A stretch of DNA of 64,000 bases from Dehalococcoides mccartyi (GCA_945865925.1 CAMBFG010000001.1:142854-206853), one strand, 5' to 3'. Shown: positions 47,942 to 58,709, numbered from the stretch's first letter. A program made the numbers and translations. Notes: generated by a model from the sequence alone, not told the origin.

Positions 47942-48964
47942 TCAGACGGCAGGGGCGACGTCACGCCTATCGACGGGTAGCCCGAGGCCCTCGCTGCGGG
48001 CTGCCTCCGACGATCGAGCGCGGGCGAGGGCGTCGGAGATGAGTGTGCTCTTCCGACGGTGGGCGACAGCCGTGTAGATCTGCGTCGTGTCAGCCGAGGC
48101 GTGCCCCAGCAGGTGCTGCACGATGCGAAGGTCGGCGGAGCCCTCGATCAGGTGGGTGGCGAAGGTGTGGCGCAGCATGTGCGGGTGGACGAGGGCATCG
48201 AGGCCCGCCTGCATGCCGGCGTTCCGCACCATCGTCTGCACAGACCGGGCGGTCAGACGACCACCTGAGCGGTTGAGGAACAGCGCGGTCTGCGCGCCCG
48301 TCGCCAGCATCGGACGGCCGTCGTCGAGGTACCGGCGGATCGCCGTCCGGGCGGGGTTGCCATAGAGGCAGATACGCGTCTTGTCGCTCTTGCCGGTCAC
48401 GCGCACCTGGCCGTTCGCCAGGTCGAGGTCGACGATATCGAGGCCGGCGACCTCGCTGACGCGCAGGCCCGCGCCCCACAGCAGTTCGAGGATGGCGCGG
48501 TCGCGCAGGCCCTTCGGGGTGTCCTTGTTCGCCTTCTCCACCAGCGCGGTGGCCTCCTCCTGCGAGAGGAAGTGCGGGAGGCGACGCCCAACTTTCGGGT
48601 AGCGCAGGCGAAGGATCGAGTCGCCCGGGCGATTGTGGAGTGCGACACCCTCGGCATCCAGCCAGCGGTAGAAGCCGCGCACGGTCGCCGCACGCCGGCG
48701 GATCGAGGCGTCCGCCAACTCCTCGTCACGCAGCCGCGCGAGGTAGCCGCGGACGTCCGTGCGCCCGGCCGCATCGTGCTCGATGCCGCGAGCGGCGAGG
48801 TGGCCGAGGTAGTGGGTGAGGTCGCTGCGGTAGTTCCGGACGGTGAGCAGCGAACGGCGGCGGACAGCCTCAACCTGCGAGAGGTAGGCATCCAGCGCAG
48901 CCAGCGAGGCGGGCGGTAGTTCGACGGGGGCCGCAGGTTCCTGCGCGCGTGCGGATCGAGGCAT
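47942..48964 (-). CDS. xerD: site-specific tyrosine recombinase XerC/XerD
   Basis: R...HxxR...Y tyrosine-recombinase catalytic residues (HMLRHTFATHL, GHASADTTQIY). Chromosomal context next to topA. Confidence 0.8.
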   Translation of the reverse strand: MPRSARAQEPAAPVELPPASLAALDAYLSQVEAVRRRSLLTVRNYRSDLTHYLGHLAARGIEHDAAGRTDVRGYLARLRDEELADASIRRRAATVRGFYRWLDAEGVALHNRPGDSILRLRYPKVGRRLPHFLSQEEATALVEKANKDTPKGLRDRAILELLWGAGLRVSEVAGLDIVDLDLANGQVRVTGKSDKTRICLYGNPARTAIRRYLDDGRPMLATGAQTALFLNRSGGRLTARSVQTMVRNAGMQAGLDALVHPHMLRHTFATHLIEGSADLRIVQHLLGHASADTTQIYTAVAHRRKSTLISDALARARSSEAARSEGLGLPVDRRDVAPAV

Positions 48965-49037
48965 CGGGTCGCCCTCGGATTCCCCGCCCGAGGCTGTGCT
49001 CAGGGTACGCCGAGGGCGAACGCGGGGCTAGGTGAGG

Positions 49038-51827
49038 CTACGCCGAGCGGCGCGGGCTACGAGTGGTGCGGCTGGCGGCGGCGCGGGGCTTGGAGGTCGT
49101 CGCGCGGGGGCGGGTGGCCTTCGCTTTGGGCGCGCGCGGGTCCTTGCCCTCCGCGCGCAGGCGCTCCTCGCGGGCAGCGAGAAGGTCGAGGGCACCCTGT
49201 ATGTCGAGGGACTTCGGGTCGCGTCCCTTAGGCAAGGAGGCGTTGACGACACCGTCCGTCACGTACGGACCGAATTTGCCGGAGCGCACGGTGATCGCCG
49301 CGCCGCTGTCGGGGTGGTTGCCGAGACTCGCGAGGGCGGACTGCGAGACACCAGCGCCTCGGCCGAACTTCCGAGGCTCGGCGAGCAGGCGGAGCGCCTC
49401 ATCGAGGGTGATGGTCTTCATCGCGAAGTGGCCGCCCTCGATGCTGCGGCTGTTCGTCCCGGACTTCACATAAGGGCCGCGCGGGCCGTCCTGCGCGGTC
49501 ACGTCGTCGCCAGTCTCCGGGTGCTGGCCGAGGACCTTGGGGAATGAGAGCACCGTGAGTGCGTCATCGAGGGCGAGCCCCTCGGGTGTCATGCCCGGCC
49601 ACAGCGATCCGCGGCGCGGCTTCTCGGCCTTCGGCGACTCGGGATCCTCGCCCAACTGCACGTACGGGCCGAAGCGACCGCTCTTCACATACACAGCCAT
49701 CCCGGTCTGTGGGTCGGCGCCGAGCGGGGTGTCACCGAGGGCCTCTTCGCGGAGGAGGCGCGTGGCACTCTCCAGCGTGAGTTCGTCAGGCGCGATCTCG
49801 GCGGGGACGCTGGCACGCTGGTCGGTATCGCCAATCTGGATGTAGGGGCCGTAGCGGCCGACGCGCACGGCGACCTCGTTGCCCTCCGGGTCGCGACCGA
49901 GGGGGATCGAGCAGACGGCGCGAGCGTCGATGGCTTCCCAGCCGCCCTCGATCGCCTGGTGGAGGCCCTGGTGGGCGACGCGGTCGCCCTCGGGGGCGTT
50001 CGGGTCGCCGAAGTAGAAGGACCGCAGCCAGGGCCTGGAGTCGCGTTCGCCATCGGCGATCTCGTCGAGGCGCTCCTCCATCTTCGCGGTGAAGCCGAAG
50101 TCCACGAGGTCGGGGAAGTGCAGTTCCAGCAGGTTCACGACGGCGAAGGCGACGAACGTGGGGATCAGCGCCGTCCCCTTCTTCCACACGTAGCCGCGGT
50201 CCTGGATCGTCTCGAGGATCGAGGCGTAGGTGGATGGGCGGCCGATGCCGCGCTCTTCCAGTTCGCGGATCAGGCTCGCCTCGGTCCAGCGGGCGGGAGG
50301 CTGCGTCTCGTGGCCACGTGCGTCGACGCTCACGGGGTCGAGGCCCTGGCCGGCGGCGAGCGGCGGCAAGACGCGCTCCTGGTCTTCAAGTTCGGCGTCC
50401 GGGTCGTCCGAGCCCTCCACGTAGGCGCGGAGGAAGCCGGGGAAGGAGATCACCTTGCCGGAGGTCTGGAAGACCGCGCGACCCTCGGCGCCCGCGTCAC
50501 CGGAGAGGCGGACCGATGTGCGAAGGCCGTTCGCGTCCCGCATCTGGGAGGCGACGGTGCGCTTCCAGACGAGGTCGTACAGGCGATGCGCGTCGGCATC
50601 GAGTTCACCCTGCAGGCTCTCGGGCGTGCGGAAGGCGTCGCCAGCGGGGCGGATGGCCTCGTGGGCCTCCTGCGCGCCTCGTGCCTTCGCGGTGTACTGG
50701 CGAGGGGCGTCCGGGAGGTAGGTGGGGCCGTACAACTCGCGGATCTGGGCACGGGCGGCGGCGACGGCCTGTTCGGACAAGTTGGTGCTGTCCGTACGCA
50801 TGTAGGTGATGTAGCCGTTCTCGTAGAGCCGCTGCGCGACGGCCATCGTGCGCGCGGCGGAGTAGCGCAGTTTGCGCGCCGCCTCCTGCTGGATCGTGGA
50901 CGTGATGAAGGGTGCGGGGGGGCGCTGCGTGAACGGGCGCTCCTGGACGTCGTCCACGACGAACTTCGCACGGCTGAGTGTCGAGGCGAGGGCCTTCGCG
51001 TCGGCCTCAGCGAGCAGACGCGCGTCGCTCGCCAGGGTGCCTGTCTCCGCGTCGAAGTCGCGACCGGAGGCGACGCGGCGACCGCCGACTTCGACGAGGC
51101 GGGCGGGGACGCGGTCGGCTGTCGGGGTCTGAGTGGCGAGGACGGCGTCCAGGTCCCAATACTGCGCGGCCCGGAAGCGCATCCGCTGGCGCTCGCGCTC
51201 CACGATCAGCCGGACGGCGACGGACTGCACACGGCCGGCGGAGAGCCGAGGCGCGACCTTCTTCCAGAGCACCGGTGAGACCTCGTACCCATAAAGGCGG
51301 TCGAGGATGCGGCGCGCTTCCTGCGCGTGGACGAGGTCGAGGTCGATGTCACGTGGGTTCGCGATCGCAGCCTCGATGGCGGGGCGGGTGATCTCGTGGA
51401 ACACCATCCGCTTCACGGGGACGCGGGGCTTCAGCACCTCGTTCAGGTGCCAGGCGATGGCCTCACCCTCGCGGTCTTCATCTGTCGCGAGGAAGAGTTC
51501 GTCGGCGTCCTTCAGCAGTGCTCGGAGTTTGGCGACCTGTGCGGTCTTCTCCGGAGAGATCACGTACAGCGGCTCGAAGTTGTTCTCGATGTCCACGCCG
51601 AGGCGGGCCCAGGCTTGCTTCTTCAGAGCCGCAGGGATCTGCGCCGCTGAGGAGGGGAGGTCGCGGATGTGGCCGATCGAGGACTCCACGACATAATCAC
51701 TGCCGAGGTACTGGCTGATCGTCCGGGCCTTCGCCGGCGACTCCACGATCACCAGACGGCGGCTACCCCCGGCAGTGACAGGGGTGGCGCGGCGGCGAGC
51801 GGGGCGCGGGGCGGCATCGGTCGTCAC
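49038..51827 (-). CDS. topA: DNA topoisomerase I
   Basis: TOPRIM (LVIVESPAKA), catalytic Tyr region, C-terminal repeated GPYV domains and a Lys/Arg-rich tail. Confidence 0.95.
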   Translation of the reverse strand: MTTDAAPRPARRRATPVTAGGSRRLVIVESPAKARTISQYLGSDYVVESSIGHIRDLPSSAAQIPAALKKQAWARLGVDIENNFEPLYVISPEKTAQVAKLRALLKDADELFLATDEDREGEAIAWHLNEVLKPRVPVKRMVFHEITRPAIEAAIANPRDIDLDLVHAQEARRILDRLYGYEVSPVLWKKVAPRLSAGRVQSVAVRLIVERERQRMRFRAAQYWDLDAVLATQTPTADRVPARLVEVGGRRVASGRDFDAETGTLASDARLLAEADAKALASTLSRAKFVVDDVQERPFTQRPPAPFITSTIQQEAARKLRYSAARTMAVAQRLYENGYITYMRTDSTNLSEQAVAAARAQIRELYGPTYLPDAPRQYTAKARGAQEAHEAIRPAGDAFRTPESLQGELDADAHRLYDLVWKRTVASQMRDANGLRTSVRLSGDAGAEGRAVFQTSGKVISFPGFLRAYVEGSDDPDAELEDQERVLPPLAAGQGLDPVSVDARGHETQPPARWTEASLIRELEERGIGRPSTYASILETIQDRGYVWKKGTALIPTFVAFAVVNLLELHFPDLVDFGFTAKMEERLDEIADGERDSRPWLRSFYFGDPNAPEGDRVAHQGLHQAIEGGWEAIDARAVCSIPLGRDPEGNEVAVRVGRYGPYIQIGDTDQRASVPAEIAPDELTLESATRLLREEALGDTPLGADPQTGMAVYVKSGRFGPYVQLGEDPESPKAEKPRRGSLWPGMTPEGLALDDALTVLSFPKVLGQHPETGDDVTAQDGPRGPYVKSGTNSRSIEGGHFAMKTITLDEALRLLAEPRKFGRGAGVSQSALASLGNHPDSGAAITVRSGKFGPYVTDGVVNASLPKGRDPKSLDIQGALDLLAAREERLRAEGKDPRAPKAKATRPRATTSKPRAAASRTTRSPRRSA

Positions 51828-53002
51828 AGGGCGCTCTCGATGGTTCCGGGCGGCCGTCCATCAGATTCGGAAGGGGTGTAGTCACCCTCATCCTCACGGA
51901 CGCGGACGAACTGCATCCCGCCCACATCTCGGACGAGGCCCTTGAGTTCCAGTAGGGCGAGCGTACCGGAGACGGTGGCGGCGGCCAAACCGCTCCGTCG
52001 CACCACAGCGTCGATGTGCTGCGGATCGCGACTCAGCGCGGCCATCAGGGTGCGCTCGTCCGCGCTCTCCGGAGGGGCCGCCCGACCAAAATCGAGTTGT
52101 TTCCCAGCCACGCTCAGATTCAGTGCCTCCAGGATGTCCTCGGCGGTCGCGACCGGGGTGGCGCCGTCTTTGATGAGGCCAAAGGGGCCCTTCGACTGGG
52201 CGGAGAAGATGGAGCCCGGGACCGCGAACACGTCTCGGTTCTGCTCCGTGGCGAATCTGGCGGTGATCATCGCGCCGGAATCATGGTCGCCCTCAACGAC
52301 GAGGGTGCCGAGGCTGACACCGGACAGGATGCGGTTGCGCCGGGGGAAGAAGTCGGCGCGCGGCTTCGTCCCCAGCGGGTAGTCACTCATGACCGCGCCA
52401 CGCTCCGCGATCTCCTCGGACAGCCTGCGGTTCTCCGGTGGGTAGACCGTGTCCAGCCCGTTCGCCAGCACGGCGACGGTGCGACCACCGACATCGAGGG
52501 CGGCGCGGTGGGAGATGGTGTCCACGCCTCGGGCGAGGCCGGAGACGACGGTGATCCCGTTCACGGCGAGGCCACGCGAGAGCTCCTGGGCGGCCATCCG
52601 GCCATACGCGGTCGCTTTGCGCGTGCCGACCACGGCCACGCTCCATTCGTCGGCGTCCGTCCACGCGCCCTTCACGTAGAGGACGGGCGGCGCGTCATCG
52701 ATCTCGCGGAGGCGCGAGGGGTAGCGGGCGTCGTTCTGGGCGAGGGCGGTCACGCCGGCAAGAGCCAGCCGTTCGAGCTCGGCGTCCGGATCCGTCTCAT
52801 CGCGCGCTCGGATCACCTCCTGCGCAGTGCGCTGATCGAGGCCAGCCGCCACGAGCGCCCCGGCAGGGGCGCGCCAGACCTCCTCCATCGAGGCGAAAGC
52901 GCGGTCAAGCAGGCCGAAGCGGACGGCACCCAGCCGGTGCACCCGATGGAGCGCGATCCGGTACGGGAGGTCGGCGGGCGCCTCGGCAGCGGGGTGGTCC
53001 AT
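51824..53002 (-). CDS. dprA: DNA-processing protein DprA/Smf
   Basis: Rossmann-like DprA domain (VVSGLARGVDT...) and C-terminal winged helix. Confidence 0.85.
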   Translation of the reverse strand: MDHPAAEAPADLPYRIALHRVHRLGAVRFGLLDRAFASMEEVWRAPAGALVAAGLDQRTAQEVIRARDETDPDAELERLALAGVTALAQNDARYPSRLREIDDAPPVLYVKGAWTDADEWSVAVVGTRKATAYGRMAAQELSRGLAVNGITVVSGLARGVDTISHRAALDVGGRTVAVLANGLDTVYPPENRRLSEEIAERGAVMSDYPLGTKPRADFFPRRNRILSGVSLGTLVVEGDHDSGAMITARFATEQNRDVFAVPGSIFSAQSKGPFGLIKDGATPVATAEDILEALNLSVAGKQLDFGRAAPPESADERTLMAALSRDPQHIDAVVRRSGLAAATVSGTLALLELKGLVRDVGGMQFVRVREDEGDYTPSESDGRPPGTIESAL

Positions 53003-53059
53003 GGCAGGTAGGGTAGGGAGCGGGTCAACGTTTCGCGGTCACCAACTGGCACCGACGCC

Positions 53060-54367
53060 TCAGGCGGTGGCGCCGTCCTCGTCGCCCGGGGTCCAGCGCT
53101 GGGCGCGCACCTGCTTGGTGCGGCGGCCGAGGATCGACAGCACTCGCAGCGTCACGGCAGGCTCGCCAGCCTCGCGCGCGGCCTCGTCCGGGACGATGAC
53201 CTGGTCGCCGGGGACAGCCAGGCGCCCGAGTTCGGTGGCGATCAGGCCGCCGACGGTGTCGAAGTCGTCAGATTCGATGGCGGTGCCGAAGAGTTCGTTG
53301 AGTTCCCCGATGGTGACCGAGGCGTCCACGATCACCACATCGTCCGATATCCGTTCGAACGGCACCTCGGGTGCGTCGTACTCATCGACGATCGCGCCCA
53401 CGATCTCTTCGAGCAGGTCCTCGACGGTGACGACACCAGCGGTGCCGCCGTACTCGTCGACGGCGATCGCGAGGTGGACCTGGTCGCGGCGCATGTCCGC
53501 CAGCAATTCGTCCGCTCGCTTGGAGTCGGGTACGAGGTACGGGGGGCGGGCGACCTCGCGCAGGCGGGGCATGACCTGCCCCTGGGCGAGGTAGGCGAGG
53601 AGATCCTTCGCGTAGACCACGCCAACCACGCGATCGAGGGACTCCTCGTAGATCGGGATGCGCGAGTAGCCCGTGCGGGAAATCACATCGGTGGCCTCGC
53701 GCGCGGTGGCGTCCGCAGAGAGGGCGGTCACGTCCAGCCGAGGCGTCATCAGTTCGCGCACGGTCTGTCCGGACATCTCCAGCAGGCCGCGCAGCATGCG
53801 CCGCTCCTCCACGAGGGCGGCGTCCTCACCCTCGACGGCCTCGAGGAGGCGCACGAGTTCCTCGGCGGGGTCGACGTCCTCGCTCGTGCCGCGGAGGCCG
53901 AGGGTGCGCATGGGGATGTGGACTGGCGCGCGGAGCAGTCCGGCCGCGGGCGCGAGGAACACCTCCGCGACGCGTGCGGGGCCCTCAAGACGTCGCCCCC
54001 AGACGCCCGGCGACGAGAGCACGAGGACGCGCATGGCGGTGCGCACGAGCGAGACGAGGACGAGGCCGACGAGGGCGACGAACAGCAGGCGGACGATGGA
54101 CCAGTGGCCCCCCGGCGTCGCCATCACGGCCAGCGCGGCTACGAGGAGCGAGGTGGCGAGTGTCACGCCAGCGCGCATCGCCCGAAGCAGGCGCTGGCGG
54201 ACTCGGACGTAGTCGCGAAGCAGATGGGATAGGGAAGGCGAGACCTTGCCGTCGATCATTCGACGGCGGGCAAGCGGGACGGCAGCGGCCTCGATGGCCG
54301 AGGTGAGGGCCAGGAGGAGCAGGGCGGCGGCGGCCAACGCGATGAGGGCGGGAGGGCTGGTATCCAC
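53060..54367 (-). CDS. CNNM/HlyC-CorC family transporter (DUF21 + CBS pair + CorC_HlyC)
   Basis: N-terminal 4-TM DUF21, tandem CBS, C-terminal CorC/HlyC domain. Confidence 0.8.
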   Translation of the reverse strand: MDTSPPALIALAAAALLLLALTSAIEAAAVPLARRRMIDGKVSPSLSHLLRDYVRVRQRLLRAMRAGVTLATSLLVAALAVMATPGGHWSIVRLLFVALVGLVLVSLVRTAMRVLVLSSPGVWGRRLEGPARVAEVFLAPAAGLLRAPVHIPMRTLGLRGTSEDVDPAEELVRLLEAVEGEDAALVEERRMLRGLLEMSGQTVRELMTPRLDVTALSADATAREATDVISRTGYSRIPIYEESLDRVVGVVYAKDLLAYLAQGQVMPRLREVARPPYLVPDSKRADELLADMRRDQVHLAIAVDEYGGTAGVVTVEDLLEEIVGAIVDEYDAPEVPFERISDDVVIVDASVTIGELNELFGTAIESDDFDTVGGLIATELGRLAVPGDQVIVPDEAAREAGEPAVTLRVLSILGRRTKQVRAQRWTPGDEDGATA

Positions 54368-54390
54368 AGGCAGGCGATCGGCCGGGCGGC

Positions 54391-55809
54391 CTACGCCTGA
54401 CGGCCTCCTTCACTCGCAGGAGTGTGCAGACGTGCAGGCACGCCCTTCACGGTGACGCCCGGCGCGACATCGTGCGTGACGACGGCACCCGCAGCAGTGT
54501 GGGCGCCGGGGCCGACCTCGACGGGTGCCACGAGGACGGTGTCGGAGCCGATGAAGGCACCGGCACCGATGACGGTGCGGTGCTTGTCTACGCCGTCGTA
54601 GTTGGCGGTGATGGTGCCCGCGCCGATGTTCACGTCCGCGCCAATCGTCGTGTCACCGATATAGCAGAAGTGGTTGACCTTCGTACGCGCGCCGATGGTG
54701 GACTCTTTCACCTCGACGTAGTTGCCGAGTTCGGCGTCGTCACCGATCACGGCGCCGTGGCGCAGGTGACAGTAGGGCCCGATCCAGACGCGCTGCCCGA
54801 TCATGGCCTGCTCGATCGTGCTCGCGCCGATCGAGGTGCCCGCGCCCACGGTCGTATCCACGAGGACGGCGTTGGGGCCGATGCGACACCCGGCGGCGAT
54901 CTTCGTGCGACCGCTCAGGGTGGTGCCGGGGAGGAGTGTGGTGTCCGGGCCTACCTCGACGCTCGCGTCGACGTAGGTGGTGGCGGGGTCGACGAGCGTG
55001 ACGCCGTCCAGCATCAGCCGCTCGCGCACGCGGTCGCGGAGGATCCGTTCGGCGCGGGCGAGGTCGATACGGTCCTTGACCGGCTGCACCTCAGCGGCCT
55101 CGGCGACCTGGTACGCCTCGACGCCGTCGCCACGCACAGCGATGCCGATGAGGTCGCCCAGCGGCATTTCGCCGACGGTGTTCGGGGTGACGGACGGAAG
55201 GGCCCGCCACAGCCAGTCCGCCTCCACGGCGTACATGCCCGCATTGACCTCGGGTGCGCCGCGCATCGCCGGTGACAGGTCCGCCTCGGAAACGACGCCA
55301 TGCACCTTGCCATTGCGACGCTCGACGCGGTTGTAGCCCTTCGGGTCGGGGACGTAAGCGGTGAGGAAGGTCAGCGCCGTTGGAGCGCTGACGTGACGCC
55401 CGGCCATCTCCAGCAGCGTGCGCGCGGTCAGCAGGGGCATATCGCCGTGCACCAGGAGCACCGGGCCGCTGTCGCCGACACACTCGCGGGCCGCGCGGGC
55501 GGCATCAGCAGTGCCGAGGGGCGCGGCCTGCTCGACGACCTGAGCGCCCGGGCCGACGACGCCACGGATCGCCTCGGCGGATTCGCCGGCGACGACGACG
55601 ATCCGAGGGCAGCCGACGGAGCGGAGCAAGTCGCAGACCAGGCGGATCATGGGGACGCCGGCGACGGGGTGCAGCGCCTTCGGCAGGGTGGAACGCATCC
55701 GGGTGTTGCGGCCGCCCGCGAGGACGACGGCAGTCCAGCCGACGAGCGAGGACGCCGCGCTGGTCATCGGTGTTGCGAGTGCGGGCGCGGCGGCCTGGCG
55801 GGGCGTCAT
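54391..55809 (-). CDS. glmU: bifunctional UDP-GlcNAc pyrophosphorylase / GlcN-1-P acetyltransferase
   Basis: LAGGRNTRM nucleotidyltransferase motif and C-terminal left-handed beta-helix hexapeptide repeats. ATG at 55809 with GAGG upstream. The ORF's upstream extension to 55890 is unlikely to be coding. Confidence 0.9.
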   Translation of the reverse strand: MTPRQAAAPALATPMTSAASSLVGWTAVVLAGGRNTRMRSTLPKALHPVAGVPMIRLVCDLLRSVGCPRIVVVAGESAEAIRGVVGPGAQVVEQAAPLGTADAARAARECVGDSGPVLLVHGDMPLLTARTLLEMAGRHVSAPTALTFLTAYVPDPKGYNRVERRNGKVHGVVSEADLSPAMRGAPEVNAGMYAVEADWLWRALPSVTPNTVGEMPLGDLIGIAVRGDGVEAYQVAEAAEVQPVKDRIDLARAERILRDRVRERLMLDGVTLVDPATTYVDASVEVGPDTTLLPGTTLSGRTKIAAGCRIGPNAVLVDTTVGAGTSIGASTIEQAMIGQRVWIGPYCHLRHGAVIGDDAELGNYVEVKESTIGARTKVNHFCYIGDTTIGADVNIGAGTITANYDGVDKHRTVIGAGAFIGSDTVLVAPVEVGPGAHTAAGAVVTHDVAPGVTVKGVPARLHTPASEGGRQA

Positions 55810-55839
55810 CGTCCTCAACCCTTGAGCAGGCAGCGGAAA

Positions 55840-55869
55840 TTGACCGGCCTGCGAGGGCCATCCTACACT
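55840..55869 (+). promoter_or_regulatory. candidate alaS promoter TTGACC-18-TACACT
   Basis: Hexamers at 55840-45 and 55864-69, ~90 nt upstream of the alaS GTG. Direct repeat GATTCGGC(G/C) x2 in the leader (55908-55929). Confidence 0.35.
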
Positions 55870-55961
55870 CGCGCAGCCGTCGACCTCCAATCTTCAGACG
55901 TCAGCGAGATTCGGCGACTAGATTCGGCCGCCTCGACCGCTCGAACTCGGAGACGCCGCTC

Positions 55962-58637
55962 GTGACCGTCGACGAACTCCGACGCGCGTTCCTCGCCTAC
56001 TTCGAGGAGCGCGGGCACCGACGCATTCCGTCCTCCTCACTCATCCCGCATGGCGATCCCACGCTGCTGTTCACGACGGCCGGGATGGTGCAGTTCAAAC
56101 CGTATTTCATGGGCCTGGCAGAGCCGCCCGCACGCCGCCTGACCTCGATCCAGCGGTGTTTCCGCACCACCGATGTCGAGTCGGTGGGGGACGCAACCCA
56201 CCTGACGGCGTTCGAGATGTTGGGGAACTTCTCCGTCGGGGACTACTTCAAGCCAGAAGCCATCGGCTGGGCGTGGGAGTTCCTGACCGATGTCCTGAAG
56301 ATCGACGCCTCACGTCTCTGGGCCACGGTGTTCACCACGGACGACGAGGCCGCTGCCCTCTGGGCGAAACAAGGCCTCCCCGCCGACCGCATCCTTCGGT
56401 ACACCGCCGAGCAGGGCAACTGGTGGGGCCCGCCGGGCGACACCGGGCCGATGGGCCCGTGCTCCGAGATGCACTACGACTGGGGCAAGACCCCCGGCTG
56501 CCGCCACTGCGAGGCGGACACCTGTCACCCGGACATCGGCTGCGGGAGGTTCCTGGAGATCTGGAACCTCGTCTTCATGACCTACTACCGGGAGGAGGAC
56601 GGCAGCCAGACCGACCTCCCGGCGGCGAACATCGACACCGGCGCGGGCCTCGAGCGGCTCGCCTCCGTGACGCAGGGCGCACGCACGCTGTACGAGACGG
56701 ACGAACTGCATCGACTGGTGGCCGTCGCGGAGCGCGTCTCCGGCCGGAAGTACGACGCCGAAGAATCACCCGAAATCGCCTTCGCCCTGCGCGCGATGAC
56801 GGAACACTCGCGCGCCCTCGCATTCCTCGCGACGGATGGCGTGCTACCGAGCAACGAGGGGCGCGGGTACGTGCTCCGGCGCCTGCTGCGCCGCGCGATC
56901 TACTTCGGGTACAAGATCGGCATCCGCGAGCCGTTCCTGGAGCAGATGGTGGACGCCGCCATCGACCTCTCGCACCAGATCAACCCGCAGATGCTGGAGC
57001 AGCGCGAGTTCATCAAGCGCCTCGCACGCGTGGAGGAGGCCCGCTTCCTCCAGACGCTCGACCGAGGGCTCACGCTCCTCGACGAAGTGATCGTGCGCGA
57101 GGCCGGGACGAAGCGGATCCCCGGCCGTGACGCCTTCACGCTGTACGACACCCACGGCCTTCCGCTCGAACTCACGGTCGAGGTCGCTCAGTCGCACGGG
57201 TACGAGGTCGACCGCGCCGGGTTCGATGCGGAGATGGACCTTCAGCGGGAGCGCTCGCGCGGGGATGAGACGTTCACCTCCAACAACGACGACCGCGCCC
57301 TCCGCTATGCCGCGCTCGGCATCGAGACCGCGTTCGTCGGGTACGACGGCCTGGACGCGCGCAGTGAGGTGTTGCACCTCGAACGCGACGGGGAGCCCGT
57401 CGCTCGCCTCGACACCGGCGAGACGGGCGAGGTCGTCGTGCGCGAGTCGCCAATGTACCCGGAGGGCGGCGGCCAGGTGGGTGACCACGGCCTCGTCGTG
57501 ACGCCGACAGGCCAATTCCGCGTGCGCGACACGCAGCGCTACGGCGAGACGATTGTGCTCACCGGCGAGGTCGAGCGGGGCCACATTGAAGTCAGCGCTG
57601 CCGCCGAGGCGCGCGTGGACGCAGTGCGCCGCTCCGACACTGCGCGGAACCACACGGGGACGCACCTGCTGCACGCCGCGCTGCGCGCCGTCCTTGGGAC
57701 GCATGTGCGGCAGGCAGGGTCGTACGTGGGGCCCGACCGGCTGCGGTTCGACTACACCCACCCGGAGGCGCCGACCGAAGCCGAGATGGCGACCGTGCAG
57801 CGGATGGTGAACGTGAAGATCCGCGCGGACATCCGCTCGGAGACCTTCGTCCTCGGCTACGAGGAAGCGATCGAGCGGGGCGCCATCGCGTTCTTCGAAG
57901 ACCGCTACACGGACACGGTGCGGATGGTGGAGTACTGCGACACACGGGGTTTCGACCCGGAGCACATGCACACGTCCGAGTGCTACAGCCGCGAACTCTG
58001 CGGTGGCACCCATCTGCACGCGACGGGCGAGGTCGGCATGCTGATCGTGGTATCCGATGTCAGCATCGGCGCCGGCCTGCGACGCATCGAGGCGGTCACG
58101 GGCGCCTCGGCGGAGCGGTTCGTGGAGGACCGTGCTGGGCTCGTGAACACGCTCGCGCGTCGCTTCAAAGTGCCGGCTGCCGAGGTGCTGGGCCGCATCG
58201 ACGCGCTCGAAGAGTCGCTGGCCGCAGAGCGGAAGCGCGTCGAGGAGGCGGACCGCCGCGCCTCGGCTGGGCTCGCGGACGACCTCGCGGCGCGCGCGGA
58301 GCAGATCGGTGGGGTCTCCGTGGTGATCGCTCGGATCGAGGCGGAATCACCGGACGCGCTACGTGGGATCTCAGAGCGGCTGCGGAAACTCGGCATCGCC
58401 TTCGTGTTCCTCGCGGCCAACGCCAACGGTCGCCCGGCCTTCGTCGCCGCTGCCTCGGAAGATGTGATCGCCCGAGGGCTGCGTGCGGACGAGGTGGTGC
58501 GGGCTGCCGCAACGCTGGCCGGTGGTGGTGGCGGCGGGCGACCGAACTTCGCACAGGCGGGCGGCAAGGACGCGTCACAGATCGACGCCGCCGTCGAGGT
58601 CGCTCGCAAGGCTGTCCTCGAACGCCTCGGCGGCTGA
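55962..58637 (+). CDS. alaS: alanine--tRNA ligase
   Basis: N-terminal TVDELRRAFLAYFEERGH, class II motifs, editing-domain HxxxH/CxxxH, C-terminal DHHA1. GTG at 55962 preceded by GGAG. Confidence 0.95.
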   Translation: MTVDELRRAFLAYFEERGHRRIPSSSLIPHGDPTLLFTTAGMVQFKPYFMGLAEPPARRLTSIQRCFRTTDVESVGDATHLTAFEMLGNFSVGDYFKPEAIGWAWEFLTDVLKIDASRLWATVFTTDDEAAALWAKQGLPADRILRYTAEQGNWWGPPGDTGPMGPCSEMHYDWGKTPGCRHCEADTCHPDIGCGRFLEIWNLVFMTYYREEDGSQTDLPAANIDTGAGLERLASVTQGARTLYETDELHRLVAVAERVSGRKYDAEESPEIAFALRAMTEHSRALAFLATDGVLPSNEGRGYVLRRLLRRAIYFGYKIGIREPFLEQMVDAAIDLSHQINPQMLEQREFIKRLARVEEARFLQTLDRGLTLLDEVIVREAGTKRIPGRDAFTLYDTHGLPLELTVEVAQSHGYEVDRAGFDAEMDLQRERSRGDETFTSNNDDRALRYAALGIETAFVGYDGLDARSEVLHLERDGEPVARLDTGETGEVVVRESPMYPEGGGQVGDHGLVVTPTGQFRVRDTQRYGETIVLTGEVERGHIEVSAAAEARVDAVRRSDTARNHTGTHLLHAALRAVLGTHVRQAGSYVGPDRLRFDYTHPEAPTEAEMATVQRMVNVKIRADIRSETFVLGYEEAIERGAIAFFEDRYTDTVRMVEYCDTRGFDPEHMHTSECYSRELCGGTHLHATGEVGMLIVVSDVSIGAGLRRIEAVTGASAERFVEDRAGLVNTLARRFKVPAAEVLGRIDALEESLAAERKRVEEADRRASAGLADDLAARAEQIGGVSVVIARIEAESPDALRGISERLRKLGIAFVFLAANANGRPAFVAAASEDVIARGLRADEVVRAAATLAGGGGGGRPNFAQAGGKDASQIDAAVEVARKAVLERLGG

Positions 58638-58709
58638 GCGAGGGCGTTGATTCTCGCGATGCAGACTCCGACAGGGCGCCCAGCAGACGCACGCGGTAGC
58701 CTCGGGCCT

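Noticed and set aside
55810-55961. T-box riboswitch upstream of alaS
   Set aside because: The leader is ~90-150 nt and lacks a recognisable T-box sequence (AGGGUGGNACCGCG) or specifier/antiterminator architecture.
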